Part shown: positions 13,561-26,889 of the stretch, piece by piece
How the letters are laid out: every line of letters starts with the position of its first letter
How positions within the stretch are numbered: position 1 is the stretch's first letter
Origin: Podarcis gaigeae
Lineage: Eukaryota
NCBI GenBank assembly: GCA_964106915.2
Contig: OZ066917.1
DNA: 64,000 nt
Direction: 5' to 3' (one strand)
Program-made: the position numbers and the translations under genes
Notes under the pieces: model-generated
Databases searched by the model: none
What the model saw: only the letters and a program-made list of their open reading frames with translations
Told to the model about the DNA's origin: nothing

Positions 13561-14400
13561 TTTTGGTTACCTAGATTTTCAATGCTTCTTACTTTTACAA
13601 CCTTATCTTTTTGCTGCTATCTTCACTTTTAAATATTAATAATATTCTTTCAACTTTCTTTTGCTTCAGCTTTTAAGATTTTTTTAAAAAGTATCTGAAT
13701 TATTTTTCTGCATTTTGCTATTTTTAATTATTTTGCACATCACTCTTGAATATTTTAATTGTATATAAAATATAAAATTGTATGGAAAGTTACATAAAGT
13801 ATGTTTTGTATGCTAATAGCACAAAGCAGCGGTATGTGTTAGCACACCTCTCCCTTTTTTTAGTGTCATCTTCTCTGCTGAACTGGCAGATGTTGTTAAG
13901 GATGACTAATGAATGTGTCTAGATTCATTTTTGCTCGGATGATGGTAATTTTAACCTCTACTGGTTCAAACCTTTGCTTTATATAAAGCCAGAAGAAATA
14001 CTCTGAGCAGATTATCCACAACCTCCTCTTTCCTGGTACCTGTTTTATGATTTATCATTTGGCTGAAGTTGCAGGGGAGTTTTGGCCAGATAGAAGGAGC
14101 TATAGCTTATGGGTGTAAAATACTAGCCATTCATAAAAGCAAATTAAAAATTGGGAGTTATCTAACTAGAATTTTGAAATAGTCTTCACAGAAAAATGAT
14201 TTGATTATTTATGATTATTTATTTCAAGACTGTGTCACAAAAACTCCTTCCCCCTCATTTGATATTTTGGTGCCAAGCGGCATACTACGGTTGAGTCAAC
14301 ATATAATGCAGATGTGTATTCAAAACATTCTTCAGGCAGGGAAGTATAGTCTATAATAAGTATGTTAGTCTTCAAGGAGCCACAATAGTGCTTCTTCTTA

Positions 14401-14626
14401 CAGTGGTACCTCAGGTTACAGACGCTTCAGGTTACAGACTCCGCTAACCCAGAAATAGTGTATCGCGTTAAGAACTTTGCTTCAGGATAAGAACAGAAAT
14501 CATGAGGTGGCGGTGCAGCAGCAGCGAGAGACCCCATTAGCTAAAGTGGTACCTCAGGTTAAGAACAGTTTCAGGTTAAGAACGGACCTCCAGAACGAAT
14601 TAAGTTCTTAACCCAAGGTACCACTG
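14401..14626. mobile_element. Tigger/pogo-like MITE, same family as 8538-8762 in opposite orientation
   Basis: TA-cagtggtacctcaggtta...taacccaaggtaccactg-TA; interior is the reverse complement of the 8538 copy. Confidence 0.92.
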
Positions 14627-14920
14627 TATTATTTGGCAGAGAATCAGTGGGTAGGTTTTGTTTTATGCTTGGTCTTAGATACCTGGAGTCAAGAAGGAAT
14701 TTTCATGAATCATATTGACCAATTATCCCGGAAGATAGATGCTTTCTCCTCAAGAATGTAAGTTCAGCTGTACTACTGGAACTGTCAATTCTGCAGTCAC
14801 CTCAGGACCAAAGAAGATGTGACTCTAAATGAGTTGTGCACAACTAAGTTCTTTTTAGAGTAGACCAGTTGAACTAACTAACCTAGGTTAGCCAAGTTCA
14901 TTTATTTTAATGGGTCTACT

Positions 14921-15270
14921 CAGAGCCATCCCAGCCATGAAGCAGGTGAGGTCACTGCTTCAGGTAGCAGAAGCCTCCCAGGTAGTACACCTGTGGCTGC
15001 CCCACTTGCCCTGCTGCCATTGGCACTAATTTTGGGAAAGAGCATACCTAAAATCTTGCAAAATATTGTGGAGCACACAATATCTCGAGCGATTTGGGAT
15101 GAGATCTCACCCCAAATTGGAATGACCTTTCCCAAGATCAGTAACAATGTTGTTGCCACTTCTCCCCTTGCAGCAGAGCGGCAGGAGCTGGTAAGTGGTG
15201 GCAGCAGCAGTAGCAGCAGAGCAAAGCGGTACGCCCCATTTTGCCTCAAACAACGAAATGGGACACACTG
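14921..15270. mobile_element. Degenerate hAT element nested in a short palindromic MITE (host 14830-14920 and 15271-15307)
   Basis: Host palindrome gagtagacc...gggtctact is interrupted and resumes ttgagtag...ggatataaccc. Insert starts cag and ends ctg; partial TSD ggtctact/tctcgact. Confidence 0.5.
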
Positions 15271-15401
15271 TCTCGACTTTGAGTAGAAATAATACTGGAT
15301 ATAACCCATTGCATCTTTGAATCCCATGCTTGGGATTCCTTGTGTTTTCTCGGTAGAGTTCTTCCTTAAAAACCTATCCAGCATGATACAAAGGTATTAT
15401 A

Positions 15402-15537
15402 TAGGCATAGGCAAACTTGGTCCTCCAGATGTTTTGAGACTACAATTCCCATCATCCCTGACCACTGGTCCTGTTAGCTAGGGGTGATGGGAGTTGTAGT
15501 GCCAAAATATATGGGGGGCCAAGTTTGCCTATGCCTG
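15402..15537. mobile_element. Palindromic hAT MITE (CAGGCATAGGCAAAC TIR family)
   Basis: Near-complete inverted repeat; 8-bp TSD gtattata/ctattata. Confidence 0.92.
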
Positions 15538-16363
15538 CTATTATATGATGCGAACAGGAACTCCAGGGGCAAACAAGAGCCTTGGAGAAAGCAAATCTAC
15601 AGTGGAAAAACAGCACAAAGCAAAAGCGTAAACTCCTTTCTGCCATGCTGCTGCCCAATCCTTGCTGCCTTTCCCCTCCTTGTGTTGGTCCTGGCAGTGA
15701 CACATGGCACTGACAAGATGGGAGAGCAATGCAGCTGCCTATGATAATAGCAAGAAATAAACAATAACATTAAAAATCACAGTGACCTACAATACAATTA
15801 CAACACAGCAAAGACAAAATTACCAGATCAAACAAATCACTCAAGAGTAGAATAAGATACTGTAGCACAGAATAAAACAAATAATATGAAACAACTAAGG
15901 GAAATGTATCACAGAGCTAAACTAATACTAAATACTAAACCACAGCATAATAAAAATGTAAAAAGGCCTGCAAAAATAAAAAATAAAATGCTGAAAATAC
16001 ATTAAAGTAGGCACCAGGCAGGGACTCTATAGTTGCGAGACCACTGCTGAAAAGGCCCTGTATTTTGTAGCCACCCACCATTTGACAGTAGCCTGTGGAG
16101 TAGTTTCTCAGCTGATGAAATCTCAGCATCAGTACTTCTGTCTTGCCTTAGCTTATTGCCCACAATCCAGTCTTTTATCACAGCGAAGCACTGATCTAGC
16201 ACTTCTATGCCTCATTTGGATTCAGTATTGTTGCCCCCGTACTGCTGACACTGCACTCCAAATCCCCAGATCGGATCATACAAACCACTGAGTTTCTATG
16301 TATGGGGATAAGATAGAACCCTGTGAAACCCCAAAGCATACATTTGGATGTGTGCCCTCTGGT

Positions 16364-16692
16364 CAGGGGCAGTCTGTGCATTACGCAAAATCTAGCCATT
16401 TGCTTCTGGCAGAGAATCCATCCCGTCCTCTCCCTCCCCGCTTCCACCAGTGAGCCGCTGCCAGCCCCACCAAGCCTTCTCCCACTCTGCCCCATTGCCC
16501 TCACCGCTGCCACCGTGCCCTCACTGCTGCATTGTGGCAGCAGCACGGGCACAGCTAAAAGCGAAGGTACCGTTGCAGCGAAGGGGCTGGCAGCAGTGTA
16601 GGGACAGGGAGCAGGGTGAGGACCCAGATCTGTGGGAGTTGTCATCATGGGGGCAGGATGATCTGGCGATTAAATGTCTTGGGCCAGCTCTG
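16364..16692. mobile_element. Non-autonomous hAT element, GC-rich
   Basis: Perfect 8-bp TSD CCTCTGGT at 16356-16363 and 16693-16700; cag...ctg ends with degenerate TIR. Confidence 0.7.
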
Positions 16693-16883
16693 CCTCTGGT
16701 AAAAATAAGACCAGAGCACAATCTTGTGCTTCTGTGGTTATGTTATGCCCTTCCAAGGGGGAGCCACCTGGTCCCACCTCTAGCCGCTTTTCAACAGACA
16801 GTAGGAACCCAGTTTATGTCTGTGGGCTCTGGATTTTAATAACAGTGTTGTTATATTTTGAAGTGGATTTTGTTTTTCTAGCT

Positions 16884-17019
16884 TAAGGTTTCGCACACTT
16901 GAGTCTCCTGTTGCTTTTGGACTACAGCTCCCATCATTCCTAGCTAGCAGGACCAGTGGTTAGAGATGGTGGGAATTATAGTCCAAAAACAGCTGGAGAC
17001 CCAAATTTGGGAAACCCTG
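16884..17019. mobile_element. Palindromic hAT MITE, CAGGGTTTCCCAAA TIR variant with reversed core
   Basis: Same core as the 15402 family; TSD ttctagct/ccctagct. Confidence 0.85.
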
Positions 17020-20000
17020 CCCTAGCTGTTTGAAAGTGTTGAGTAATTATTCTTTTTTTATTGTCTATGTGTTTACCACTAGCAGATTTGGTTATTTTCT
17101 TTTAAATATAAAAGTGGTACATAAGGATTTTAGGGGGAATAAATACATCAATAACTACATAAAATGTGTGGTCTCAAAGTAATGAAGTAACTGGGCAGTT
17201 TTTGTAATATGTTCATGTCTCTGGTAGTACAGAGGAAATGGTATGGCCCCGCATATCCACAGAAAGTAACATCTGCCCCCACAAATTCCATGTTACCTGG
17301 CAAACACCAGGCTCCCAACCCCTTGTTTTCCTCACAACAGTAATGGTGGAGGACAGCAGCATTCACAGGAGAGAAATGATGAATGAGATGGAGGGCTTAT
17401 CTCTTCTCCCACACGATTTCTTCCCTAAGCTCTCCCTCCTCCTTCACAGAAGATGGTGGGGGAAAGTTAAGTGTTCCCCACATTATCTGACAAGGACATG
17501 TTTAGAAGACACACACCTTTGCTTGTACATGCACACGGACAGGTAACACTGCCCCTTGCTTAGCTCCTGACACCTTAAGCAGTCCTGCAGCACTTATTTT
17601 GGCAGACTGATAATTTAAAAGATAATTCTCTTCCTTTTACACTTCATTTCTTTTATTCTCATACTGAAGAAAAAGAATGTGAGCAAAGGTGTGGGAGGGA
17701 AATGTTTTATTCCTGTCAGACTTGGCAGAATCTCTTTATACAATCTAGTATTGCCATTGGATATGAGTTTGCCTTCATACCTGTGCATTGCGATACATTG
17801 ATTAGCATTACCAAATGATTTTTCTTTTAGATTTTGTGTGCTTTTTTTCTGTATTCCAAGTTTATGCATATTATTAGACCTGGGTAAAACTGCCCAGGAT
17901 TCCAAATCATGAAAAGTTTCTTTGAGGTTTTATTTAAACTGCCTAGCTATTCTGCTAATTACTGCTGCTTCCAAAAGAAATAGACATCCTTCAGTGACGA
18001 GCCTTCACAAATAAGAGGCGAACATGGATGTCATTGCAGGATATTCTAACATGTATGACTAATGCTGCAAATGAAATATAAGCTGTCCATACAATATGAC
18101 ATTTTACTCAAGCACAAAACATTCTCTGTTTGCTAATTACAACTAGCAGGTTATTCGAATGCTGGTGTTTTTAATTAAGAGCTTATATACCAGACAATCT
18201 CTATGGATTAAAAATAAATGTTTTGGTCATTGGAAAGATAGGCACTGTCCTCTAGTGGAGAAAAGGTGCCACAACAGCAACCTGGAAATGCCCAGCATTT
18301 TACTAATTAGAGAAATACAGCAGTGAGACCAAATGTTGTCATTGCTGATGCTATTGGCTGTCTTCAAGCAAACACCCTCTGATGCTCTAAGGTCCTCCTC
18401 ACATTCTGTTCGCTTTGAAACCAGGCTACATAACAAGAAAAACTCCCATTTTAAATCACAGAGAAGCTTTTTGATTAAAGCCTCTGCCTGAATCCAATTA
18501 GCTGGAACAGAAAGTGCATCTTTATCACTGGAGTCTGCATAATCATGTTGTCTAGATTAGCCTGATTTTCCCCCAGTTTAAATAATAAACCTGAGCAAGG
18601 AAAGAGTATGTTTATCTTTGAAATGTGTTTGTTGGTACTGCTGGTTTGTTCAGGTAAAGTGTGATTATACTTTACAACATAAGGAAACCGGTTTTTATTA
18701 TCCATCACTTACCCACTTACATCTTCAATATTTTATATTGGCTTCAGCACCGCATGGTCATTTATATATTGCTGAACTTGTTTTAAGATGTTGTTGGGGC
18801 ATGAATTAGGAAGCACCCATTTATGGGCTAATGGAGAAAGTTGAGATTTCAGACCATGATGCAGCAAATTACAGGGTAGGAGGGAAGAGGCAGAAAATAT
18901 ATCTTTGTTGCAACTGTAAAGTTAAAGTCTTTACAAGGCTGTAAACGTTGAGGTGCAATGATATTGCAGCTACAAGAAGTGAAAGATGAGGTTGTTCACG
19001 GGAGTCATAATGTGCATAGTCATTGTCCAAATTGCATCATTTTTAGACCAGATGTTCAAAGTTTAGCTCAAAAATGCATTTGCAAAAGCAATAATTGTTT
19101 AAGGCTCTCTATGAATTATCTGCCATTTAAAAATCTGAAGGTACCTCAAAGATTGGCTAAAGCATGAAGAAGTGAATCTTAGATTTGTGAATCTTAGATT
19201 TGAAGTTTATCTCCAGACCATTGGTCTTCAAATGGGTGGGTGTGGACCCACAGCTGGATCATGGGTCATAACAGCAGCACTACCACCATGCAAATATATG
19301 ATTAAAAAGGAGGGGTTCCAAAATGTGGGTCTTGGTTCTGAAGAATACTGATTCCATTCCCACCCACACCCCACAATATAGCTGATCCTTAATGGTTGCT
19401 TCCTATAATCCAGGGTAGATGAGCCCAGGGCAGAAAGCTAGAAACACGAGTGTGAAACAATGCCTGAGTGTGCATTTTTGTATGGAATGCACACTTAACT
19501 GGCAGTAAGCTCAATCTGCACTTACTAATACACACATATGGGGAAATAATATGATGAAAGATTGGCACACATTACATCCCGATTTTTTTTTTTTTATTAA
19601 AAACCCTCTGATGACTGCAGTGTTTTTGTATCTCATCAACAAGTGGCATGATGCATGTGTGTATGTGAATTCCAGTGAAAGCGACAGATTCACTTTTGGG
19701 AGTACATATAGCCTTGTTAAATAAGAAACTGCTCTTCCCAAAGCAAGAACCAACACCCCTTATTCTTTGTGCTATTAGCTCAAAGTAACAAACAAGGACA
19801 TCAGTAACAGCAGTAGTAGCTAGTCACAAAGATCCTGCCTGCATGACCCACCACTGACCTTCTCGATAGTTTATTGTCAAGCTCAGCCAGCCTGGAAAGT
19901 ATAGATTATACAGCAGCCGCAGCCTCGGTATTAATTTATAGTGGAACACCTGGCATATTAATGGCCCTTGCTCAGCAGTAATCTGTACAATATTGCTGGG

Positions 20001-21131
20001 AGATGGTGCTTCTTTCCTAATTTATTTCCCAGGCGTAAATATTTCATATTTAACAGAAACTTCGAATTCCACGTTTAAAAATACACTTAAATATTTCATC
20101 CAGGAGGGGAAATCCCCATTAATTTAATGAGAAGAGAGTTCTTTTTCTGAGGTTTGTCTTTTTGACATTACCTCCCTCCCCATTCCTTGTTGATTCAGGA
20201 GATCCTTTTAAAAGATCACCATGCACACATTAATATGCACCTGTAAATGGTTGACGGAACCCTCTGAGTATGAAGTTCATCTCAGCAGGTTGCTTCATTC
20301 TGGCTGGAAAAGCTCAGCAGGCTTTCATGGTTCAGTACTCCCATGAGCACGAGGTTGGTGATTAAGGGATAACTTGGCCTGCAGTCCAGCTAGCTCAGTC
20401 TGTACACTGATTAGATATCAACAGGTGAGCAATGCTGGGTGGAAAGAACTCAAAGGAAAAGTTGTGAGGCTGGTGGCATGGGACAACAGAAGGAGGTCTT
20501 CTTCCTTCCTTTTGAGGTATACTTGATTCCAAGGTGAACTCCATCCGCTAAAAGTAACGCTCATGGTCATTGCAGCCATTGCACAGCAGCAAGTCAAGAT
20601 TTGACATCAACTGATGATCCTGTAACAAATGCACATTTATGATGCATGTCTATCCCATTCATCACGTTCACACTATATTTTTAGATGTTCACCTAAAATA
20701 TCTAAAGTGAAGAAGTCATTGTAATATAACAGCTAATGGTGGGTGAGTGTTTTGCAGAGTGGAAATGGCTTCTTTTCCCAAAAGATGTCAGTCAGCATTC
20801 AGGGCAACCTATTTAACAAGTTTTTCAGCATTCCATACCCCAGCACGTTATCGTTTTAGGTAGTCATGGTTATGCTGGTCTGAATTTTATGTGTGTGTGT
20901 ACTTTGTATCATTTCGTTTACCTTTGGGACATTTTAGATCTAGCGCTTTTCTGATACCAGTAATCTTTTCCTGTTGTATATTGTGATGCTGCTGAAATTT
21001 AACACTTATGGATTTAGAAATACAAGTCCTTGGGAGCTCATAGTGCTTGCCTCAAACAGTATTATCGCTTCAGTGTTGCAGAATGAGAAATGGAAAATAA
21101 GGTCTAAGTGACTGCCCGTAATACTTTGACG

Positions 21132-21670
21132 ATGGGGTGCAACAACATTTTGAGCACCAAGGGCCACATTCCCCCAGAGCACTGGCACATAGCTGTCAAC
21201 TTTTTTTAGGGGAAATTCCCTTATTCTGAATAGGATTCCTCACAAGAAAAGGGGAAAGTTTACAGCTATGCACTGGTGGAGGAAAAGGAATGCGGGGAGA
21301 GCGCACCGCCCTCAGCAGTGCAATCCCAGTGGGATGCCATCGTGGCTGCTCCCCCAGCCGCGCTGGGCACCACGCCCCCACAGGTGACATGCTATGCCCC
21401 CAGGACGCATGCCAGCCCCGCCACTGCCTCCTCTCCACCTCCGGTGCTGGAGCATGAAGCTCCGCCGCTGCCCAAGAGGAAAGTGTTTGGGAGCCACATA
21501 ACTGAAGCCAACCAAAGAGCATGTGCACTTCAAAAACCATAATGACACTTTATGTATCATGCTCTGTGGTTGGATTGTATGATACTAACAAGTGTTGATT
21601 GTACAGAGGTATGGGGGAACAGAAAGAGGTAGGCTGAGGGCCACATTAATTTAATTCAGCCTGCAGGATT
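21132..21670. mobile_element. Degenerate hAT/Charlie-like element hosting a nested MITE
   Basis: ggggtgcaacaac...gggccacatt start and repeated gggccacat motifs; boundaries approximate. Confidence 0.45.
21188..21270. mobile_element. 83-bp hAT MITE
   Basis: TIR catagctgtcaacttt / aaagtttacagctatg; TSD cactggca/cactggtg. Confidence 0.85.
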
Positions 21671-22113
21671 CTTATCTGTAGTATTAAATCACTTTCTAGG
21701 GGAAAACATTAATTGTATGATCCTTGGGTTCTGTGTATTGTAGAGGCATAGTGTATGAATTCTGCGGCCATCCCATATTTGGAAAATCAATGCTTTGAAA
21801 GAAGACCATATACTTAATCTGTCTGTGGATAGCTGTCTGTGGATAATCTTGAACTAAGGACTTGAACTAAGAATAGAGGACTAAGATTAGCCTCTATTCT
21901 TTTGCAACTAGTAGATCTATATTCCACACTAGATAATGTGTCTGTCAATAGTTTGACAATATTTGAGTAAAAATTGCTTCTCAAAAGTTACGAATGCTAA
22001 GGTCAGCTTTCAAGCTATGCTCTTTCAGGTTTGTATGGGGAAACATTACTTAGCCGCTGATAATAAAATAAATCATTTTCGCCAGTTTTGGAATAACATG
22101 TTTTCTTTATTAA

Positions 22114-22260
<147 letters not shown>

Positions 22261-23518
22261 TAAAGTGAGGAAATTGTATATATTTTGTCAAGACTAATCT
22301 GCAATTCTTTAGTGAATTAAGTGCTAGGTGAAGGATGCTATAGACATTTATTTTTAAAATGCACTAAAGCATCGCAGGCCTGCTTTTCCACATGGTGCAC
22401 TCTGGGACTGGCATAAAAGATGTGTTCTTTTACATGTACACAGTTATCTCTGAAAGCTCAAGTTCAACAATTTTCTTTTAAATGAAAAAATGCAGATTTT
22501 GAGGCTGTACAAAAGTATCTAGAAGAAGCTTCTATTATCTCCAGTTAGGCTAAATAATAATATGTTAAGGTCTACCATATTTCAACACAAGCATAAAAAG
22601 CTCAGCTCTCATATAGAATATTACATGAACAGCCGACATGTTGCATTTCTTATCTAAAGCTTTCCCAAATATGTACACCTACATACTCTGAGGCCTTAAA
22701 AAAATATATAACCGAGTGGTGGATTTTCACTGGTTTCTGGGTTTGGTGATTTTGAGTATGTTCAGAAGGACCCTGAACTGTTTGTATTCTTTTTCTTTGT
22801 TGAGCAGGGAATATGAAATGTTTTATTTGCTTTATTGCTTAAAATGGTAAAGGAAAACAAGGGATGGCAGGTTATCTTTACATATTTTTTTAAACCCAAA
22901 GTGCTAACATTAATCCTCTGTAGATATAGCTGAATTTATTTGTAATGAAAGAGGGGGCACATTTGTGGTTGTATGTGTGGCGTGAGAGCAATGGAGAAAC
23001 ATCTAAAAATAAAATTTCTTTTAACATAGCAGTACCTTAGTTAACTAAGATGGGAAGCAAAAGAGAGTAAGTGCCACTGAATTCAATAGGACTTATTTCC
23101 ATAGAGACATGTGCAGGATTGCAGTTCTGGTGTCAGATCAATCAGATAATCCTTTTTTCCAACACCTGCTTTATATACCATAATTTCAAGAAATCTTTCT
23201 AATATATGATTTAAAGAGCATGTAAACCTTTTACAAATAATTTGTGCACAACCCCTTGATAGCTTATCAGGGTATGCTTAAAGATGTCAAATTAATTGCA
23301 GCTCTTATTAGTATCTGCAGAACCAAATGTCCTCATTAACAGCGAAGAAGAAAAAGGCATTATATAATTTAATTAAGATTGCATCAAACCATAACCAAAT
23401 TTGAAACCAGGCTGCTTTCATTTCTGAGAAACATCACATCAGGATCATCTTTCAATGCGATGTAGTGTAAACAACATTATATATGAAGGGAAAAACCAAA
23501 CTGATTTTTCTTTCACAG

Positions 23519-23664
23519 AGTTCTTAAGGAACATCTCGGGGAACAGGAAGTTTCCATCTCATTAATTCTTGACTCAGTGGAAGAAGGAGACCTCGGAAAT
23601 TACTCGTGTTATGTTGAAAATGGATATGGCCGCAGACTTGCTACCGTTATTCTACTTAAAAGGG
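23519..23664 (+). CDS. IL1RAPL1: IL1RAPL1 coding exon (exon 8 equivalent), second half of Ig3
   Basis: Acceptor tttttctttcacAG, donor GTgaat, 146 bp. Translates (R)[48 protein letters not shown], containing the Ig D-x-G-x-Y-x-C motif. Phase fits both neighbours. Confidence 0.97.
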
Positions 23665-24863
23665 GTGAATATTTTATTTTTTTTATTCAAAAACAACAGA
23701 GATGGTTTACACTGTAAGAAGTTGATGTTTTGTACAGCTATCTCCCAATTTTTATTCCTTCGCTCCTTAGTCCTCTGTTCACTGAGGGAGGGAAATGTTA
23801 GTCATTTTCCCCCTTCAGTTGGAAAAGGACATTTTAAAGAAATGTCATTAAAAATGGCTATCTGTCGAAGGAATGCAGTTAAATACACTTTTTAATAATG
23901 TTTATATAGAAAACCCTTTTAACAACCGGTGAGTATGGGAACTAATAAAAATTTACTAGAACTAGCCTGGCAGGAAGCTATTGACACTAGAAGTTTAATC
24001 ATTTTCTGTAAGAAATAAGTCTAAATAATTCAAAAAGGAATAGGTTTGAAATATATCGTGGGGAATAAACAAACAAAAGTTGGGAAACTTGCTCCTGATG
24101 AATTCCAACTCACAGAGGGTTTTCTGTTTGTTTGGTGGTCATCTTAAATGCTGTATTTAAAACTTGCTGCATTTATGGGGGGGCAGGATTAAGGCTCTTC
24201 CAATTATGACCTACTAAAATTGGGGTACGGGGGCTGGGCACTCACATAGGACAATCTCCATCTAACCCCACAACTTTTGGAGCAGCAGTTGTTGGATCTT
24301 TGACCACATTAAAAAAAACAGAGTGGGCCATTAATTTAATGCAGTCGTGCTTCTACCCAGATACGTTTACCAGTCTGTACCAGCTAATTGTTGGAAGCAT
24401 CTATGTGGAATGAGCTTTCTGTGTCCTTTTGGTCATTGTTCAATGTCCAATGGCGGTGGAGTTCATAGAACTCCCCTTCTTATCCACCATTCAGAAATGT
24501 TAGTCTTTTAGCATGGCATGCATTTCTGCAAAATTGCTGTCCTAGGGCACCAAGAGTCCACAGAGCCAATTTCACCCAGTCAGGCACACTTTTCCAGCAT
24601 TCACAATGTAGCCAATGAAAGCATGAATATAGGCCATTTGCTGGAGGTTTCTGTGGCCACATGTCACTCCAAGGTCAGAAATTAAAACAACTAACCTGGC
24701 CCTGTATTTAATATTTGCATGATGCTGTTCTAAAAACAAGCTTGTGTTATTCACAACAATAACAGCTACTTCATATTGCAGCCAAAATAATAAAATACAA
24801 TAGGTGTGTCAAATTCATAAAGAAGATATCACAAAAATTCAATATTACTTGACAGCATTTCAA

Positions 24864-24930
24864 TTATTTATTATTTATTAAATGTGTGTACTGCCCTATA
24901 CCCATTGATCTCGGGGCAGTTCACAACAAT
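24864..24930 (-). mobile_element. L2 3' tail fragment
   Basis: ttatt tail plus gatctcggggcagttcaca, as at 7940-7958. Confidence 0.6.
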
Positions 24931-25789
24931 GACATTGTAATAGCAACAATGGCTACCTAGCAAAGTATCAGTTAAGATTACTATTGTGCATGGTCTTTGA
25001 GGACATGATTTATCAGTAGTGCTGAGAAATTTTGCAAATAACAAAAAGTTAGAAATAGGAGAAGGGGTTTGGCAAGGAGAAATAGCAGAGGATTTGAATT
25101 GTTTGAGAAGTTACTTGATTGCATCTGTAAGATTTGAAACGTACCTGATGCATGCATTCAACATACTTTGCATTTTGACAACTTTTTCAATAAAATGAGA
25201 AATTAGCCGTGACAGATAAAACCAAAATCAAGCAGTGTCTCAGAGTTCCTAGCTGGAAAAACTCTGCATAGTTAGCAGGCTCTTCTTTTTCACCATGGCA
25301 ACCTTTTAAGTAAGATTTCCTTAGACCTACATCTTGCCTATTTAAAAAAAAAAATGTATTACAAATTAATGTGGGGGTTATCTGGTTCTGCAGCAGGCCA
25401 AATAAGTTACAGTTCTCATTTTACCAATTTAGTAATTGTTCTTATTTGTTGACATTACAACATTGTAAAGGTATATCTCATATGGACAATTCTATTCATT
25501 TAATATTCAGGAAAGGAATAGTGAAAGAGTGCAATATTTCCATTTTAGCAATAGGACTTTCCGTTCTCTCCCCCCTTGCCCAGCACGGCCTATGCATTCC
25601 CTAAATCTGCTCCAGAAGGTCAGGGCAACCCCTAGAACAGATTGGGGGAGTGCAGGAGACGAGAAAAGAAGGGTGTTTCATTGCACAAGCAGAAATCCTT
25701 GTGTGATGGAACTTTCATGTGCCGTTATTTGGATGCAACCCAGCGCCTCCATTTCTAATTCATGTATGTTTGCCATTTTAAATTTCTAG

Positions 25790-26110
25790 CCGAGCTTTCA
25801 GCCAAAAACATGCCATTAACCTAACTCACAAATATGATAACAAAACATTAATATAATATGCAAACAATTTTTTTAAGCAACAGTTTTAATCATAACATGC
25901 AGTGAAGATATAAAATGGTGAAGGCTTAAAATCACAAAATGTTGAACGATCAAAAGCCCTATGAAAGAAAAAGAGTTTTTTAATCAGCTTTTTGCATGCT
26001 AAAGGTGCCTTAGCTGGACAAAACTCCTAGGGGATAGATTTCGAAGTAGAGGACACCACTCCTGAAAAAGGCCTGCTTCTGCTGCCCATCACTTTGACCT
26101 CTGATAGCAG
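25790..26110 (-). mobile_element. Old L2 fragment
   Basis: accactcctgaaaaaggcctgc matches the reversed RAFSGV motif, preceded by 3'UTR-like A-rich sequence. Confidence 0.45.
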
Positions 26111-26889
26111 CAAGATCCACAACAAAGCCATCTTCACAGCATGAATGAATGGTTTATGCATAGCACAACTTGTGGCTGTCTGCCAGTGTTCAAAAATGAA
26201 ACCTAGCAGATGGAGGTGATACAACAACTCAGAATGGAAAACATCTACTCAGAAGCTGGAACTTCTTTGAGATCAGGGAGTGTTGTGTGAGAGTTGCTGG
26301 CCACAACCTGTTCTTGATGTACGTATATTTTTAGTTGCCTCACAGACAACTGAACATAAGCCTTCCAAAACAGGGGAGTCAGCACAGTATATTTGAAAGC
26401 CACACTACGACAGAAGTTGTATCTACGGAAGGGATTTTGCTCAGAGTGGCTAAGGTGTGGCTGTGAATGTGCTTTATCAGGCAAGTGATTCCAACAGGAA
26501 GCCATAGATGCCTCCTCTTCCCCCACCATTGCTCCAAAAGCCAGTGGGGGAAGAGCAGTGGGCGTGTGCACTGGCTGGAAAGTTTACCGACCCCTGGGCT
26601 AGACACCCAAGCAAGGGAAATAGCTAATCCCTACTATTTATTGCAAGGGCATAGACATACTGCTTTATCTTCTATGTATTTCTCTCTCTCTTTTCAACTG
26701 TCTAAGCAAGTGGACATCTTACAGCAATTAATCCTGTATAGTAGACATACACTGAATGAAGAACTAATTTCCTTATGTTTGTCCTGAACCGAGTGCCAGC
26801 CAGGTTCACTGGAGAGCTTTGCTCCCTTTTCCCAACCAAGTCCACCCAACTTCTCATCCAGCTAGCCGCACACAGGCCAGTAAGCACAG

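Noticed and set aside
14920-16886. Several 100-150-aa ORFs
   Set aside because: Coincide with GC-rich non-autonomous transposons; no splice or protein-family support.
23569-23895. 108-aa + strand ORF over exon 8
   Set aside because: Different frame from the IL1RAPL1 exon; no homology recognised.
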